Virus record (IMG/VR): IMGVR_UViG_3300030329_001359
Span: 47,117 to 111,116 of that record
Direction: 5' to 3' (one strand)
Length of the DNA stretch: 64,000 bases
Source of the DNA: a virus
Part shown: in pieces, positions 36,644 to 45,224 of the stretch
Position numbering within the stretch: the first letter of the stretch is position 1
Layout of the letters: each line of letters opens with the position of its first letter
Notes under the pieces: model-generated
Told to the model about the DNA's origin: nothing
Seen by the model: only the letters and a program-made list of their open reading frames with translations
Databases searched by the model: none
Position numbers and translations under genes: made by a program

Positions 36644-36872
36644 ACTAACTAAATCCGAAATAGAATGGAATATACTTGCATTGGTCATAGCTGAGAAATC
36701 ATCAGAAATGCATGACAGATTTGGAAATGCAAAGACATTTAAAAAACTAAGAGAGGATTTAATTAAAATAAAAAACGATATAATAGAAGGAGAAAAAAAA
36801 ATTGAAACCAGAAACAAAACAGAAGAGAAAATTAGGACAGGCCCGAAAACTTGCGAAAGCTGCATTGATTGA
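36618..36872 (+). CDS. hypothetical protein
   Basis: Likely start MKESSAT, C-terminal CESC. Confidence 0.6.
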   Translation: MKESSATIKLTKSEIEWNILALVIAEKSSEMHDRFGNAKTFKKLREDLIKIKNDIIEGEKKIETRNKTEEKIRTGPKTCESCID

Positions 36873-37089
36873 TAAACCAATTTGGAAACCTTCTAAAGGT
36901 AAAGTATACCTAAAAGATGTTCCAGTAGGAAGTTTATTCAAAACATCAGGCATTAAAGGGATATTGCTAGATATATCAGCTTCTTCAGCTTCTGTTGTTA
37001 TAACTGAAAAATATGGGCCAGATAGTGAAGATTCATTTTATCTAGGGAAAAGATTGATAGCACCAACTACGGAGGTAGAAAAATTATGA
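36802..37089 (+). CDS. hypothetical protein
   Basis: TTG start after AAGGAG. LKDVPVGSLF motif. Confidence 0.6.
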   Translation: MKPETKQKRKLGQARKLAKAALIDKPIWKPSKGKVYLKDVPVGSLFKTSGIKGILLDISASSASVVITEKYGPDSEDSFYLGKRLIAPTTEVEKL

Positions 37090-37481
37090 AGAAATGCCCG
37101 TGTTGTGGATATGAGTTCGGAAAGAAATACAATCCATCAATGCAAATTGTAACATTACTATCTAAGAGAGATATGATAACTAAGAATATGATTAATCAGG
37201 CTTGCTCTTATATTCAATCTGAAGTACCTTCTGATGACAATATAAAGAAAAGATTTCAATTTATTCAGGGTATCTCTCATGTAGATAATGAAAATATCCA
37301 ATACACAATAGCAAGATTCGTATCACAAAAACTTTTCATGCAAGGGTATGGATACAGTTATCTAAGAAGCATGATAATTAGAGAACACATAGATTCACCA
37401 AAAAAGAAACTAAATGAATTAAAGAGGTATGGAAAGCCTCCAAAGAAAAGAAAAAAGGAGAAAGATAATGCAGAAACATAA
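37086..37481 (+). CDS. Zn-ribbon protein, possible replication initiator/loader
   Basis: MKKCPCCG N-terminus. YLRSMI helix resembles DnaD-like C-terminal motif (weak). Confidence 0.5.
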   Translation: MKKCPCCGYEFGKKYNPSMQIVTLLSKRDMITKNMINQACSYIQSEVPSDDNIKKRFQFIQGISHVDNENIQYTIARFVSQKLFMQGYGYSYLRSMIIREHIDSPKKKLNELKRYGKPPKKRKKEKDNAET

Positions 37482-38250
37482 CATTAATGATTCGTATTTC
37501 CCAGTAAAAGAAATACCAGCAGTTGGTAGACATTTAGATAAAGATGTTACATTGCTAAATAATACTGGATACAAGTTCATTGTAAGAGAAGATACTGGAA
37601 AAGTACTTAGTTGTATGACAGATAACTATAAACTTGTTACGAATAAAAGTATAATGGAAAAAGCGGAACCTGTTCTTAAAGAGCAAGGAGCTGTGCTTTC
37701 AGATGTTCGTGTCTTTGGAAATGGTGCAAGAGTAAGATACAAGTACACATTTAAAGATACAAAAGTGGAAGTAGAAAAGAATGATTGGTTGAACCCTGAG
37801 ATAATCATTAACAATAGTTATGATGGTACAAGTGAAGTATCAGCAATGGGAGGAGCATTTAGAATGATATGTTCTAATGGTCTTATCATAGGATACACTA
37901 TTGGAAAGGAAGGTTCAAGACATACAGTATGGAATAATAAAGCAGACATAGAAGCAATAGTTAAATCCGTCATTAATAAAACAACAACAGTATTTACTAA
38001 TGACTTTCCTGCAATGATAGAGAAAGGTGTTAAGAAGAAAGATACTCAGAAACTTCTTGAATTATTCCCAGGATATACGATGGAATCAATGGTACAGTAT
38101 ATGTTGAATACGCCACCTAAGAACTATTGGGATTTGTTAAATGCTGCTACTTGGGTAACAACTCATGTAATGAAGCGTGAAGCAGAAGCAACTCATAAGT
38201 TTGAATCAAGGATATTTGATACTGTTAAGAATATGGCTGCAAGGGCCTAA
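37468..38250 (+). CDS. DUF932 family protein
   Basis: VREDTG.VL.....YKLVTN, NSYDGTS, RMICSNG and WDLLNAAT motifs. Confidence 0.8.
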   Translation: MQKHNINDSYFPVKEIPAVGRHLDKDVTLLNNTGYKFIVREDTGKVLSCMTDNYKLVTNKSIMEKAEPVLKEQGAVLSDVRVFGNGARVRYKYTFKDTKVEVEKNDWLNPEIIINNSYDGTSEVSAMGGAFRMICSNGLIIGYTIGKEGSRHTVWNNKADIEAIVKSVINKTTTVFTNDFPAMIEKGVKKKDTQKLLELFPGYTMESMVQYMLNTPPKNYWDLLNAATWVTTHVMKREAEATHKFESRIFDTVKNMAARA

Positions 38251-39071
38251 TGGACGTTGATTGTCCTGTAGTAATTCCTTATTATGGGGGAAAATTTACC
38301 ATGAGTAGACAACTTGTTGGTATGATTCCCCCACATAGGAGATACTTTGAACCATTCTTTGGCGGTGGTTCAATGTTTTTCAGGAAAAAGAAAGCTGAAT
38401 GGAACGTTTTAAATGATATAGACAATGACCTTGTGAACTTGTATTTGTGTGTTATTTCGAGGTTTTCTGAATTATGTGAGTATGTAGAGTGGCTTCCTAG
38501 AAGCAGACAAGTATTTGAAGAAGCTCAGTCATTGATAAAAACACCAGTAATAGATAATCCAAATCCTAAAAGAGCTGCTATGTATTTCTTTGCAGTTAGG
38601 AACTCATTTAATAATATACCAACAGGTTCATTTAGTAAAGACACTAAGTGGGATGTAAGTATAATAAATGAATTAAAAGTATCTAAAAAGAAACTGGATA
38701 ATTGTACAATAGAGAATATGCATTTTGGTGATTTAGTTAAAAGGTATGAACCTAGAAAAGGTGATTTCTTTTACTTTGACCCTCCGTATGTAGTTACAGA
38801 TAAGAAAACTAAGAAGAACTATTATAGAAATGTTTTCGATGATAAATTACATGATGAATTAAAAGAGATATGCGATTTTATAGATGAAAGCGACGCTAAA
38901 TTCATGGTCAGTTATGATAATAAAGAAGAAATATCAAATCTTTACAAAGACTATAATCTCAATCATATTAAAACAAAGTATGTAGGCACAAAAGCTGAAG
39001 ACCGAGGTAAGGTTAGGATAGAATTGCTTATTACAAACTATAAAATACAGGAGCAAGGAGTATTGTTTTGA
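38250..39071 (+). CDS. D12/Dam-family N6-adenine DNA methyltransferase
   Basis: YYGGK, EPFFGGGS, LND, DPPY and MVSY motifs. Confidence 0.92.
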   Translation: MDVDCPVVIPYYGGKFTMSRQLVGMIPPHRRYFEPFFGGGSMFFRKKKAEWNVLNDIDNDLVNLYLCVISRFSELCEYVEWLPRSRQVFEEAQSLIKTPVIDNPNPKRAAMYFFAVRNSFNNIPTGSFSKDTKWDVSIINELKVSKKKLDNCTIENMHFGDLVKRYEPRKGDFFYFDPPYVVTDKKTKKNYYRNVFDDKLHDELKEICDFIDESDAKFMVSYDNKEEISNLYKDYNLNHIKTKYVGTKAEDRGKVRIELLITNYKIQEQGVLF

Positions 39072-40144
39072 GTTTAGGAGATGATATAAGAAAAGATATT
39101 GATGGCAATGTAATAGGTTGCCCTCATTGTGGTTCTAGGTCGATACATAAAAGTGGTTTTTTGTATAGAGCTAGTTCAAAAAGACAGCAGTATAAATGTA
39201 CTGCGTGTGGAAGAAAAACAGTAAAACCTTCAATATTGGAAAAAAGTCCATTTAAAGTAGACAATGTTGACCCAGAAAACATACCAATAGAAGAACTGAT
39301 AGTACATAGAAAGAAGCAGTATAAACAAAAGAAAATATCAAAAGAAAGCAAGAAGTTAGTAAGAATCAATATCAATATGGATGGGCCCATAGGGATTGCT
39401 CATTTTGGAGACCCTCATGTAGATGACGACGGAACTGATTTGTCTCAAATTATCAGATATATGGATATTATAAATGATACAGAAGGGATGTTTGCTGGTA
39501 ATCTTGGAGATATACAGAACAACTGGATAGGGAGACTCTCATACCTCTATGGTCAGCAGTCTACATCTGCAAAGGAATCTTGGAGATTAACTGAATACTT
39601 CGTGAATAAAATGAATTGGTTATACTTAGTAGCAGGTAACCATGATGTGTGGAGTGGTGATGGTGACCCGTTAGAATTCATTATGAGAGACCATAAAGGA
39701 TTGTATGAAAGATGGGGAGCAAGAATGAGATTATTATTTCCAAATCAAAAGAGTATTAGAATAAATGCTAGACATACATTCAAAGGTAACTCACAATGGA
39801 ATACAGCTCACGGTGTAGCTAAAGCTGCGCAAATGGGATGGTCTGACCATATATTAACTTGTGGTCATACCCATGTATCAGGTTATCAGGTAATAAAAAG
39901 TCCTTCTACGGGATTAATAAGTCATGCATTACAAGTAGCTTCATTCAAGATAATGGATAACTATGCTGATAAGTTAGGATTAGACGATAAGAATATATTT
40001 AATTGTCCTGTTACAATCATTGACCCTCAGTATGACGATGATGATAATAGATTAATTACAACAATATTCAACCCAGAAGAAGGATGTGAATTCCTTAAAT
40101 ACAAAAGAAAAGAATGGAAACAAAAAAACAAGGAGGCTAAATGA
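39068..40144 (+). CDS. Zn-ribbon fused calcineurin-like metallophosphoesterase
   Basis: CPHC...YKCTAC, then GDPH, GD, GNHD, H and GHTH motifs. Confidence 0.85.
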   Translation: MSLGDDIRKDIDGNVIGCPHCGSRSIHKSGFLYRASSKRQQYKCTACGRKTVKPSILEKSPFKVDNVDPENIPIEELIVHRKKQYKQKKISKESKKLVRININMDGPIGIAHFGDPHVDDDGTDLSQIIRYMDIINDTEGMFAGNLGDIQNNWIGRLSYLYGQQSTSAKESWRLTEYFVNKMNWLYLVAGNHDVWSGDGDPLEFIMRDHKGLYERWGARMRLLFPNQKSIRINARHTFKGNSQWNTAHGVAKAAQMGWSDHILTCGHTHVSGYQVIKSPSTGLISHALQVASFKIMDNYADKLGLDDKNIFNCPVTIIDPQYDDDDNRLITTIFNPEEGCEFLKYKRKEWKQKNKEAK

Positions 40145-41466
40145 CAATAAGAATACAACCTCACAGCGAAGAAGCTGAGAAAGCACTTCTTGGTTCTGTT
40201 TTAACAGGTGGAAGTGAAGTATTTGAAAAATGTAAGCACTGGATAAGACAATCTGATGCATTTTATAATGATTGCCATAAGAAAATATGGATTGCAATGC
40301 ACAGATTATATAGAGATAAAGATGGAATTGATTGTGTAACAGTTGTTGATAAATTCAAAAGGTTAAACCCAGATGAAAGTGATACAAGAGATATAACGTA
40401 TTACATATCAGGATTACCAGATGAATCACCATCTCCAGCTTTAGTAGAAAAGTATAGCAAGATTGTATGGGAAAAATATCTTAGAAGGTCTGTTAGTAAA
40501 AGCGCTATTAATTTAAATAGCACAGTTCTACAAGACGATAACCAATCAATGGAAGAAATAGTAGGTGAACATATTAGGTTATTGGAAGAGATAAAGAATA
40601 TACAACCTACAAAATTAAATGATATTGAAGAAATAGTAGAGAAAACTAGAGAATTGGTAAACTCAGGTGATAACATTATAAAGTTTGGTATTCCAGCATT
40701 GGATATACCAGCAGGCGGAATGACAAGAAAAGAAATAACTGTACTAGGAGGAAGACCTGGACATGGTAAAACAACATTAGTTGTTAACATTGTAAGGTCA
40801 TTGATAGAACAAGGGAATAAAGTAATAATATTTAATAGAGAAATGTCAAACCCTGAAATGATAAGAAAACTTGTAGTAATGGAAGGAAATAATCTTTCGT
40901 ATTCAAAAGTTAGAAAAGGCGATTTAAATGGAACAACGGATGAGTTCAATAAATCAATAGATAAGATTAAAGATAAGTATAAAGATAAATTACTTATGTT
41001 TGATGATGTCAGTACACTTGATGAAGCAATGCTTGAAATATCAAGACATAAACCGGATGTAATTATTGATGATTACATTCAACTAATTGCTATGCCGGAG
41101 AAACAAGAAAGAAGATTCCAGATAGAAAAGATAGTTCAAGACTATAAATGGATATGCAAGAAAGAAGATTGTTCAGCATTATTGGTCAGTCAATTAAATA
41201 GAGACATAGAAAAAAGATATGAACCTAGACCAAGACTATCAGATTATTCTGAAAGTGGTGTAATTGAGCAAACAGCAGAGTCTGCATTATTTGTATGGTA
41301 TGGATATGTATTCAATGATGAAGAATATAGTCCTTATCAATCAGAAATCATATCAGCTAAGACAAGATATGGTAAAGTAATGACAGAAGAAGTAGGATTT
41401 AATGGTGATAGATGTAGGTTCTATGAATCAAAAGAGCAAGCATTAGAAGACACACCTAAACAATAA
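40141..41466 (+). CDS. dnaB: DnaB-like replicative helicase
   Basis: PHSEEAEKALLG N-domain, Walker A GGRPGHGKT, IIDDYIQL, SQLNR and SGVIEQ motifs. Confidence 0.93.
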   Translation: MTIRIQPHSEEAEKALLGSVLTGGSEVFEKCKHWIRQSDAFYNDCHKKIWIAMHRLYRDKDGIDCVTVVDKFKRLNPDESDTRDITYYISGLPDESPSPALVEKYSKIVWEKYLRRSVSKSAINLNSTVLQDDNQSMEEIVGEHIRLLEEIKNIQPTKLNDIEEIVEKTRELVNSGDNIIKFGIPALDIPAGGMTRKEITVLGGRPGHGKTTLVVNIVRSLIEQGNKVIIFNREMSNPEMIRKLVVMEGNNLSYSKVRKGDLNGTTDEFNKSIDKIKDKYKDKLLMFDDVSTLDEAMLEISRHKPDVIIDDYIQLIAMPEKQERRFQIEKIVQDYKWICKKEDCSALLVSQLNRDIEKRYEPRPRLSDYSESGVIEQTAESALFVWYGYVFNDEEYSPYQSEIISAKTRYGKVMTEEVGFNGDRCRFYESKEQALEDTPKQ

Positions 41467-41473
41467 AGAGAAT

Positions 41474-41591
41474 GGGCAGATGCAAGGCTAATGTCGTTAC
41501 TGGTGGAGAGAAACAGTTAACTGTATTGCCATGGCTATACAAGGATACAGCGAAAGATTGCTGGGTGGGATTGTTTCAATAGTATCTGCCC
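41474..41591 (+). ncRNA. multibranch intergenic RNA element containing a near-palindrome
   Basis: GGGCAGATGC/GTATCTGCCC closing stem. Inner TTACTG/CAGTTAA, CAGC/GCTG and TGTATTGCCATGGCTATACA. Confidence 0.5.
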
Positions 41592-41615
41592 CTTCCACTA
41601 AAAAAAGGAGATAGT

Positions 41616-41804
41616 ATGAGTAAAACAAAAAAGAAAGATACACTTGGCATGGAGCCAGCTGTACATAGAGCAAACATAGAAGAAAGAATAGATGAATTGG
41701 ATAAAAGAATTGATGATCTTATAGTTGATTTTGGAGACATAATAGATGGTATGCAAAAAACACTAGATAAGATATGTGTTCGCATGGGCCTACCAAAAAA
41801 TTAA
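41616..41804 (+). CDS. small coiled-coil protein
   Basis: AAGGAG RBS. C-terminus KICVRMGL resembles KLETRMGI of 5062..5220. Confidence 0.65.
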   Translation: MSKTKKKDTLGMEPAVHRANIEERIDELDKRIDDLIVDFGDIIDGMQKTLDKICVRMGLPKN

Positions 41805-41805
41805 T

Positions 41806-42282
41806 ATGATTGCTGTTGGTATTGACCCTGGAAAATCTGGAGGTCTAGTTATAATTCATTCAAATAATAATGAGTGTTCTATGCATAAATGCCCAGAGAA
41901 TGCTAGTGGTATGTCAGATATTCTATTAAGAGCTAAAGATAGTGCTTACTCAGATAATGTACCAATAATGATATCAATAGAAAAAGTTCATGCGTTTCCA
42001 ACTGACGCTAGAAGTGCTGCGTTCAAGTTTGGAATGAACTATGGTATGTGGTTAGGTGTAATAGGGGCATTGAATATACCATTCATTGAAGTTGCTCCCA
42101 AGGTTTGGATGAAATCTTATGCCCCTTTACCTAAAATAAAACAAGAAAGAAAGAAAAAAATAAAAGAGATAGCAACTGATATATATTCAGATGTCTATAG
42201 TAATACAAATAAAATAACATATGCCGTTAGCGACGCTGCATTAATAGCTATATGGTGCTTAGAAAGGAGTAAAGATGACTAA
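41806..42282 (+). CDS. RuvC-like Holliday junction resolvase
   Basis: GIDPG, IEKV, AFKFG.NYG, P.VWMK and SDAALIA motifs. Confidence 0.85.
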   Translation: MIAVGIDPGKSGGLVIIHSNNNECSMHKCPENASGMSDILLRAKDSAYSDNVPIMISIEKVHAFPTDARSAAFKFGMNYGMWLGVIGALNIPFIEVAPKVWMKSYAPLPKIKQERKKKIKEIATDIYSDVYSNTNKITYAVSDAALIAIWCLERSKDD

Positions 42283-42442
42283 TGAAAGAAAGATAGAAGT
42301 TATGGACGAATTGAGTCTAATGAGAAAAAAAATGAAAAATGTTATGGATTCAGAATTTAAAATAATAAAAGAAGCAAAGAAGAATATTGATACGATTGAT
42401 GAATTGTTGATAAATCTAAGAGGAAATAATAAGAAAAATTAA
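42275..42442 (+). CDS. 55-aa coiled-coil protein (not in ORF track)
   Basis: AAGGAG RBS, last gene before the terminator. Confidence 0.55.
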   Translation: MTNERKIEVMDELSLMRKKMKNVMDSEFKIIKEAKKNIDTIDELLINLRGNNKKN

Positions 42443-42466
42443 TTGCCTTTATTATTCATATGGCAT

Positions 42467-42498
42467 AAAGGGGTAGCTTGTATAGTGCCCCTTTTTTT
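42467..42498. terminator. bidirectional terminator at the convergence point
   Basis: AAAGGGGT..GCCCCTTTTTTTT between convergent operons. Confidence 0.8.
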
Positions 42499-45224
42499 TA
42501 TGCTACCTGATTAGCCTGCCTATTTTTTATGCTATCAAGTAAAGATAACATTTGTTTGTTGCGACCCCTACTTGTCCTAGGTGATTTAGATATACCTTCG
42601 AGAGCAAGCATTATATTCTCACCTTCTGTTCTTATGTCTTTTGATGCTTTCTTTTTCTTCTTAGCATATGAAGGAATTGGTATTGATTTACCAACTACAG
42701 GTAGTTTACGAGCTTGTTTAATCCAAGCAAGTTTACGTTCTTTTAATTCTCTTGATGGATATATGCCTGTCTGTAATGAAACAAGGTCACCAAATCCAGC
42801 ACCATTATACATTCTAGGCCCAACAATAAATAATTGTCTTGCTATTTCTGAATTAATAGTTCGAGCTACATCAAATACTTTTTCACTCTTTCTAGTACCC
42901 GAGTAATCATGGTAACCAGCTAAGTAACCTAATAACCCAGGGTCACCACGTTCAAAGTTTAAAAATAAATCATAGAAACCAAATACATTACCAAGTGTAA
43001 CCATGTCAGCAACAAAAGGACCACCTAATGTACCTATGACTGGACCTTTACCAAAAAATGCTTGTCTCTGTCTCTCTTTATCGCCAGAAGCCATGTCTAA
43101 GAACTGTTTAGCTCTTTCATATGTATCATTCTGTATGAGATTACCGAACTTACTATTTGTAGCTGTACTTAATACACCGTCAATAAATAACTGCATCATG
43201 CCCAATCTATACAATCTCCAGGCCCTTTCAGATTTCCAATCACCTGCTAATATATCTTCAGCTCCACGTTTAGCTATCTTTCTTTGGTAATTAAAAAAGT
43301 TAATACTATATGTAGCAAACTGACCAAGAACAGCACCTTTAGCCGTCCTCAATGCTTTAGGCTTAGCAAATGGAGAATACTCATAGTGTATCTCTTTTAC
43401 CATTTCAGCTGCAAACCTACCAGCTTCATTATTTATATGTGTTTCTACTTGCTTAGATATTGTATCACCATACTCTGTCTTAGTAAAAAATTCTGGATGT
43501 TGGTCTATAAACCTTTCAATATTCTCTCTCTCTGAGCTTAATTGTTTATGTCTTTTTGCAAATGCCACTCTAAATGTTAGATTACGATTGATTTTATTTT
43601 CAACCCATGACATAGGTTTACCAGCTTTCTGAGCAACTGTTTCCAAACCAGATAAAAACTTTTCGCCTGTAGTGTCTGTTTTCCATGTCATTACTTCTTG
43701 ACCATTAACTCTACTTACTTGAGTATCTGGAAATAATCCTGTAACACCAGCTAATTCTCTAGCTTCTTCAAAGAACACACCATGTCTTTCCATCTCATTC
43801 TTTAATACCGTATCCATTTCTCTTGTTTTTAAATACTGCTCAGCCTCATACCATCCTTTACCACCAAAGTAAACAAAGTTTTGCAATGACTGGGTTGCAT
43901 TTCTAAATGCTGAACGTATATTGAGACCTAGTTTAGATATAAATTCCCATGATGTTATTCCTCTAGCTAGAGACCTATATAAAGGACTCTGTATGTTATA
44001 TCCTAGCATGGTTGCATGAGTATCAGTTAAATAATCTATATAAACTTTTGCAGCATCAGCTGTCTGCTCATTGCTCATATCTCTAAGCTTTCTAACTCCA
44101 TCTATTAATGTAGCCGATGTATTTACAGTATAATTAAATCTAGTTACATCACGAATATAATTATCAAGAACACCAATAACATTTTTATTTCTACGGTCAG
44201 TAGGTAGAGCTGTTTTCTCTTTAAGATGACCACTAATAGGTACTCTATCAAGTACATTCTTTACCATAGAACTCACATATGTATTTAGTTGTTCCATGTT
44301 AACAGAACCAGAATCTTTAGTTTCATACACACTATCAGTAATAGCTTTCATTGTAGGGAATATATTAAGCAATGAAGTAGGGAAATAATTTTCAGAAGGC
44401 TTTAGATTATCATTCAATTCTTTCAGCTTATCTATAACATTTTTATATTCAGCAGCATTGTTCTGACTCTCAAGTACTCTTACATATTTAGACAATCCAT
44501 TTCTTAGACTATTAAATAACTGTGGTCTTATTACTTGCCACTCATCAACAACAGGCTTAAATATCTTATATTTATCTTGTAAGATAAGTTTAGGATTTCT
44601 TAATACTTCATCAGCCATCTCAAATACTTTGAATTGCTGTTCTTTAGCAAGGTTAGCTAAGTTTTCTTGGTAGTATTCTTCAGCTGCAACTTCTTTAGCT
44701 GGGCTGGTAGCAGATTCTTCTAGTAATTTAGTGTATTCATTATATCTACGCTGTAATTCTCTCCTAGCTTTTGACATATTAGGAGCTTTTATTCTTTCAG
44801 CGATAGCCATTTCTTTAGAGATATTACTTAAAGAGTCTGCAATCTTTATCATACTTGCATTGTATTTATCTTTCTCACCTCTAAAGTAATTATGATTAAT
44901 AACAAATTGGTCAAATGTTTTCTTACCTACTGGATTTGTTTTAAGAAATTCTTCAGGTAAATAAAACAACTCAGCAAGCTTACCAGGTGTTCTCTGTTTT
45001 ATCTTTGCTTGAAATTTATCTATCCTTTTACTAAGCCTATCTAAACTCTTTTCACTAGGAGCATCTCCATAATCAAAATCTTTACCAGTAACAGCTCGAT
45101 ACATCTTCTTATATTCACCGCCACTATTAGATGTTAATCTTACTGTTAAAGGGTCGTCAAACCATTTATCTATTGTTTTATCTATTTTTTCTTGTAATTC
45201 TTTTGGTGTGCAAGCCATTAGCAA
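42498..45224 (-). CDS. large internal virion (ejection) protein
   Basis: 908 aa, helical. Last gene of the ejection cluster, with LGQFATYSINFFNYQ region typical of ejection-protein C-termini. Confidence 0.6.
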   Translation of the reverse strand: MLMACTPKELQEKIDKTIDKWFDDPLTVRLTSNSGGEYKKMYRAVTGKDFDYGDAPSEKSLDRLSKRIDKFQAKIKQRTPGKLAELFYLPEEFLKTNPVGKKTFDQFVINHNYFRGEKDKYNASMIKIADSLSNISKEMAIAERIKAPNMSKARRELQRRYNEYTKLLEESATSPAKEVAAEEYYQENLANLAKEQQFKVFEMADEVLRNPKLILQDKYKIFKPVVDEWQVIRPQLFNSLRNGLSKYVRVLESQNNAAEYKNVIDKLKELNDNLKPSENYFPTSLLNIFPTMKAITDSVYETKDSGSVNMEQLNTYVSSMVKNVLDRVPISGHLKEKTALPTDRRNKNVIGVLDNYIRDVTRFNYTVNTSATLIDGVRKLRDMSNEQTADAAKVYIDYLTDTHATMLGYNIQSPLYRSLARGITSWEFISKLGLNIRSAFRNATQSLQNFVYFGGKGWYEAEQYLKTREMDTVLKNEMERHGVFFEEARELAGVTGLFPDTQVSRVNGQEVMTWKTDTTGEKFLSGLETVAQKAGKPMSWVENKINRNLTFRVAFAKRHKQLSSERENIERFIDQHPEFFTKTEYGDTISKQVETHINNEAGRFAAEMVKEIHYEYSPFAKPKALRTAKGAVLGQFATYSINFFNYQRKIAKRGAEDILAGDWKSERAWRLYRLGMMQLFIDGVLSTATNSKFGNLIQNDTYERAKQFLDMASGDKERQRQAFFGKGPVIGTLGGPFVADMVTLGNVFGFYDLFLNFERGDPGLLGYLAGYHDYSGTRKSEKVFDVARTINSEIARQLFIVGPRMYNGAGFGDLVSLQTGIYPSRELKERKLAWIKQARKLPVVGKSIPIPSYAKKKKKASKDIRTEGENIMLALEGISKSPRTSRGRNKQMLSLLDSIKNRQANQVA

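Noticed and set aside
39068-39240. IS1 InsA-like Zn ribbon as an insertion sequence
   Set aside because: Fused in frame to a phosphoesterase. No transposase catalytic domain or terminal inverted repeats.
41495-41515. Hammerhead-like core (CTGGTGGAGAGAAAC)
   Set aside because: Lacks the CUGANGA consensus and stem II.
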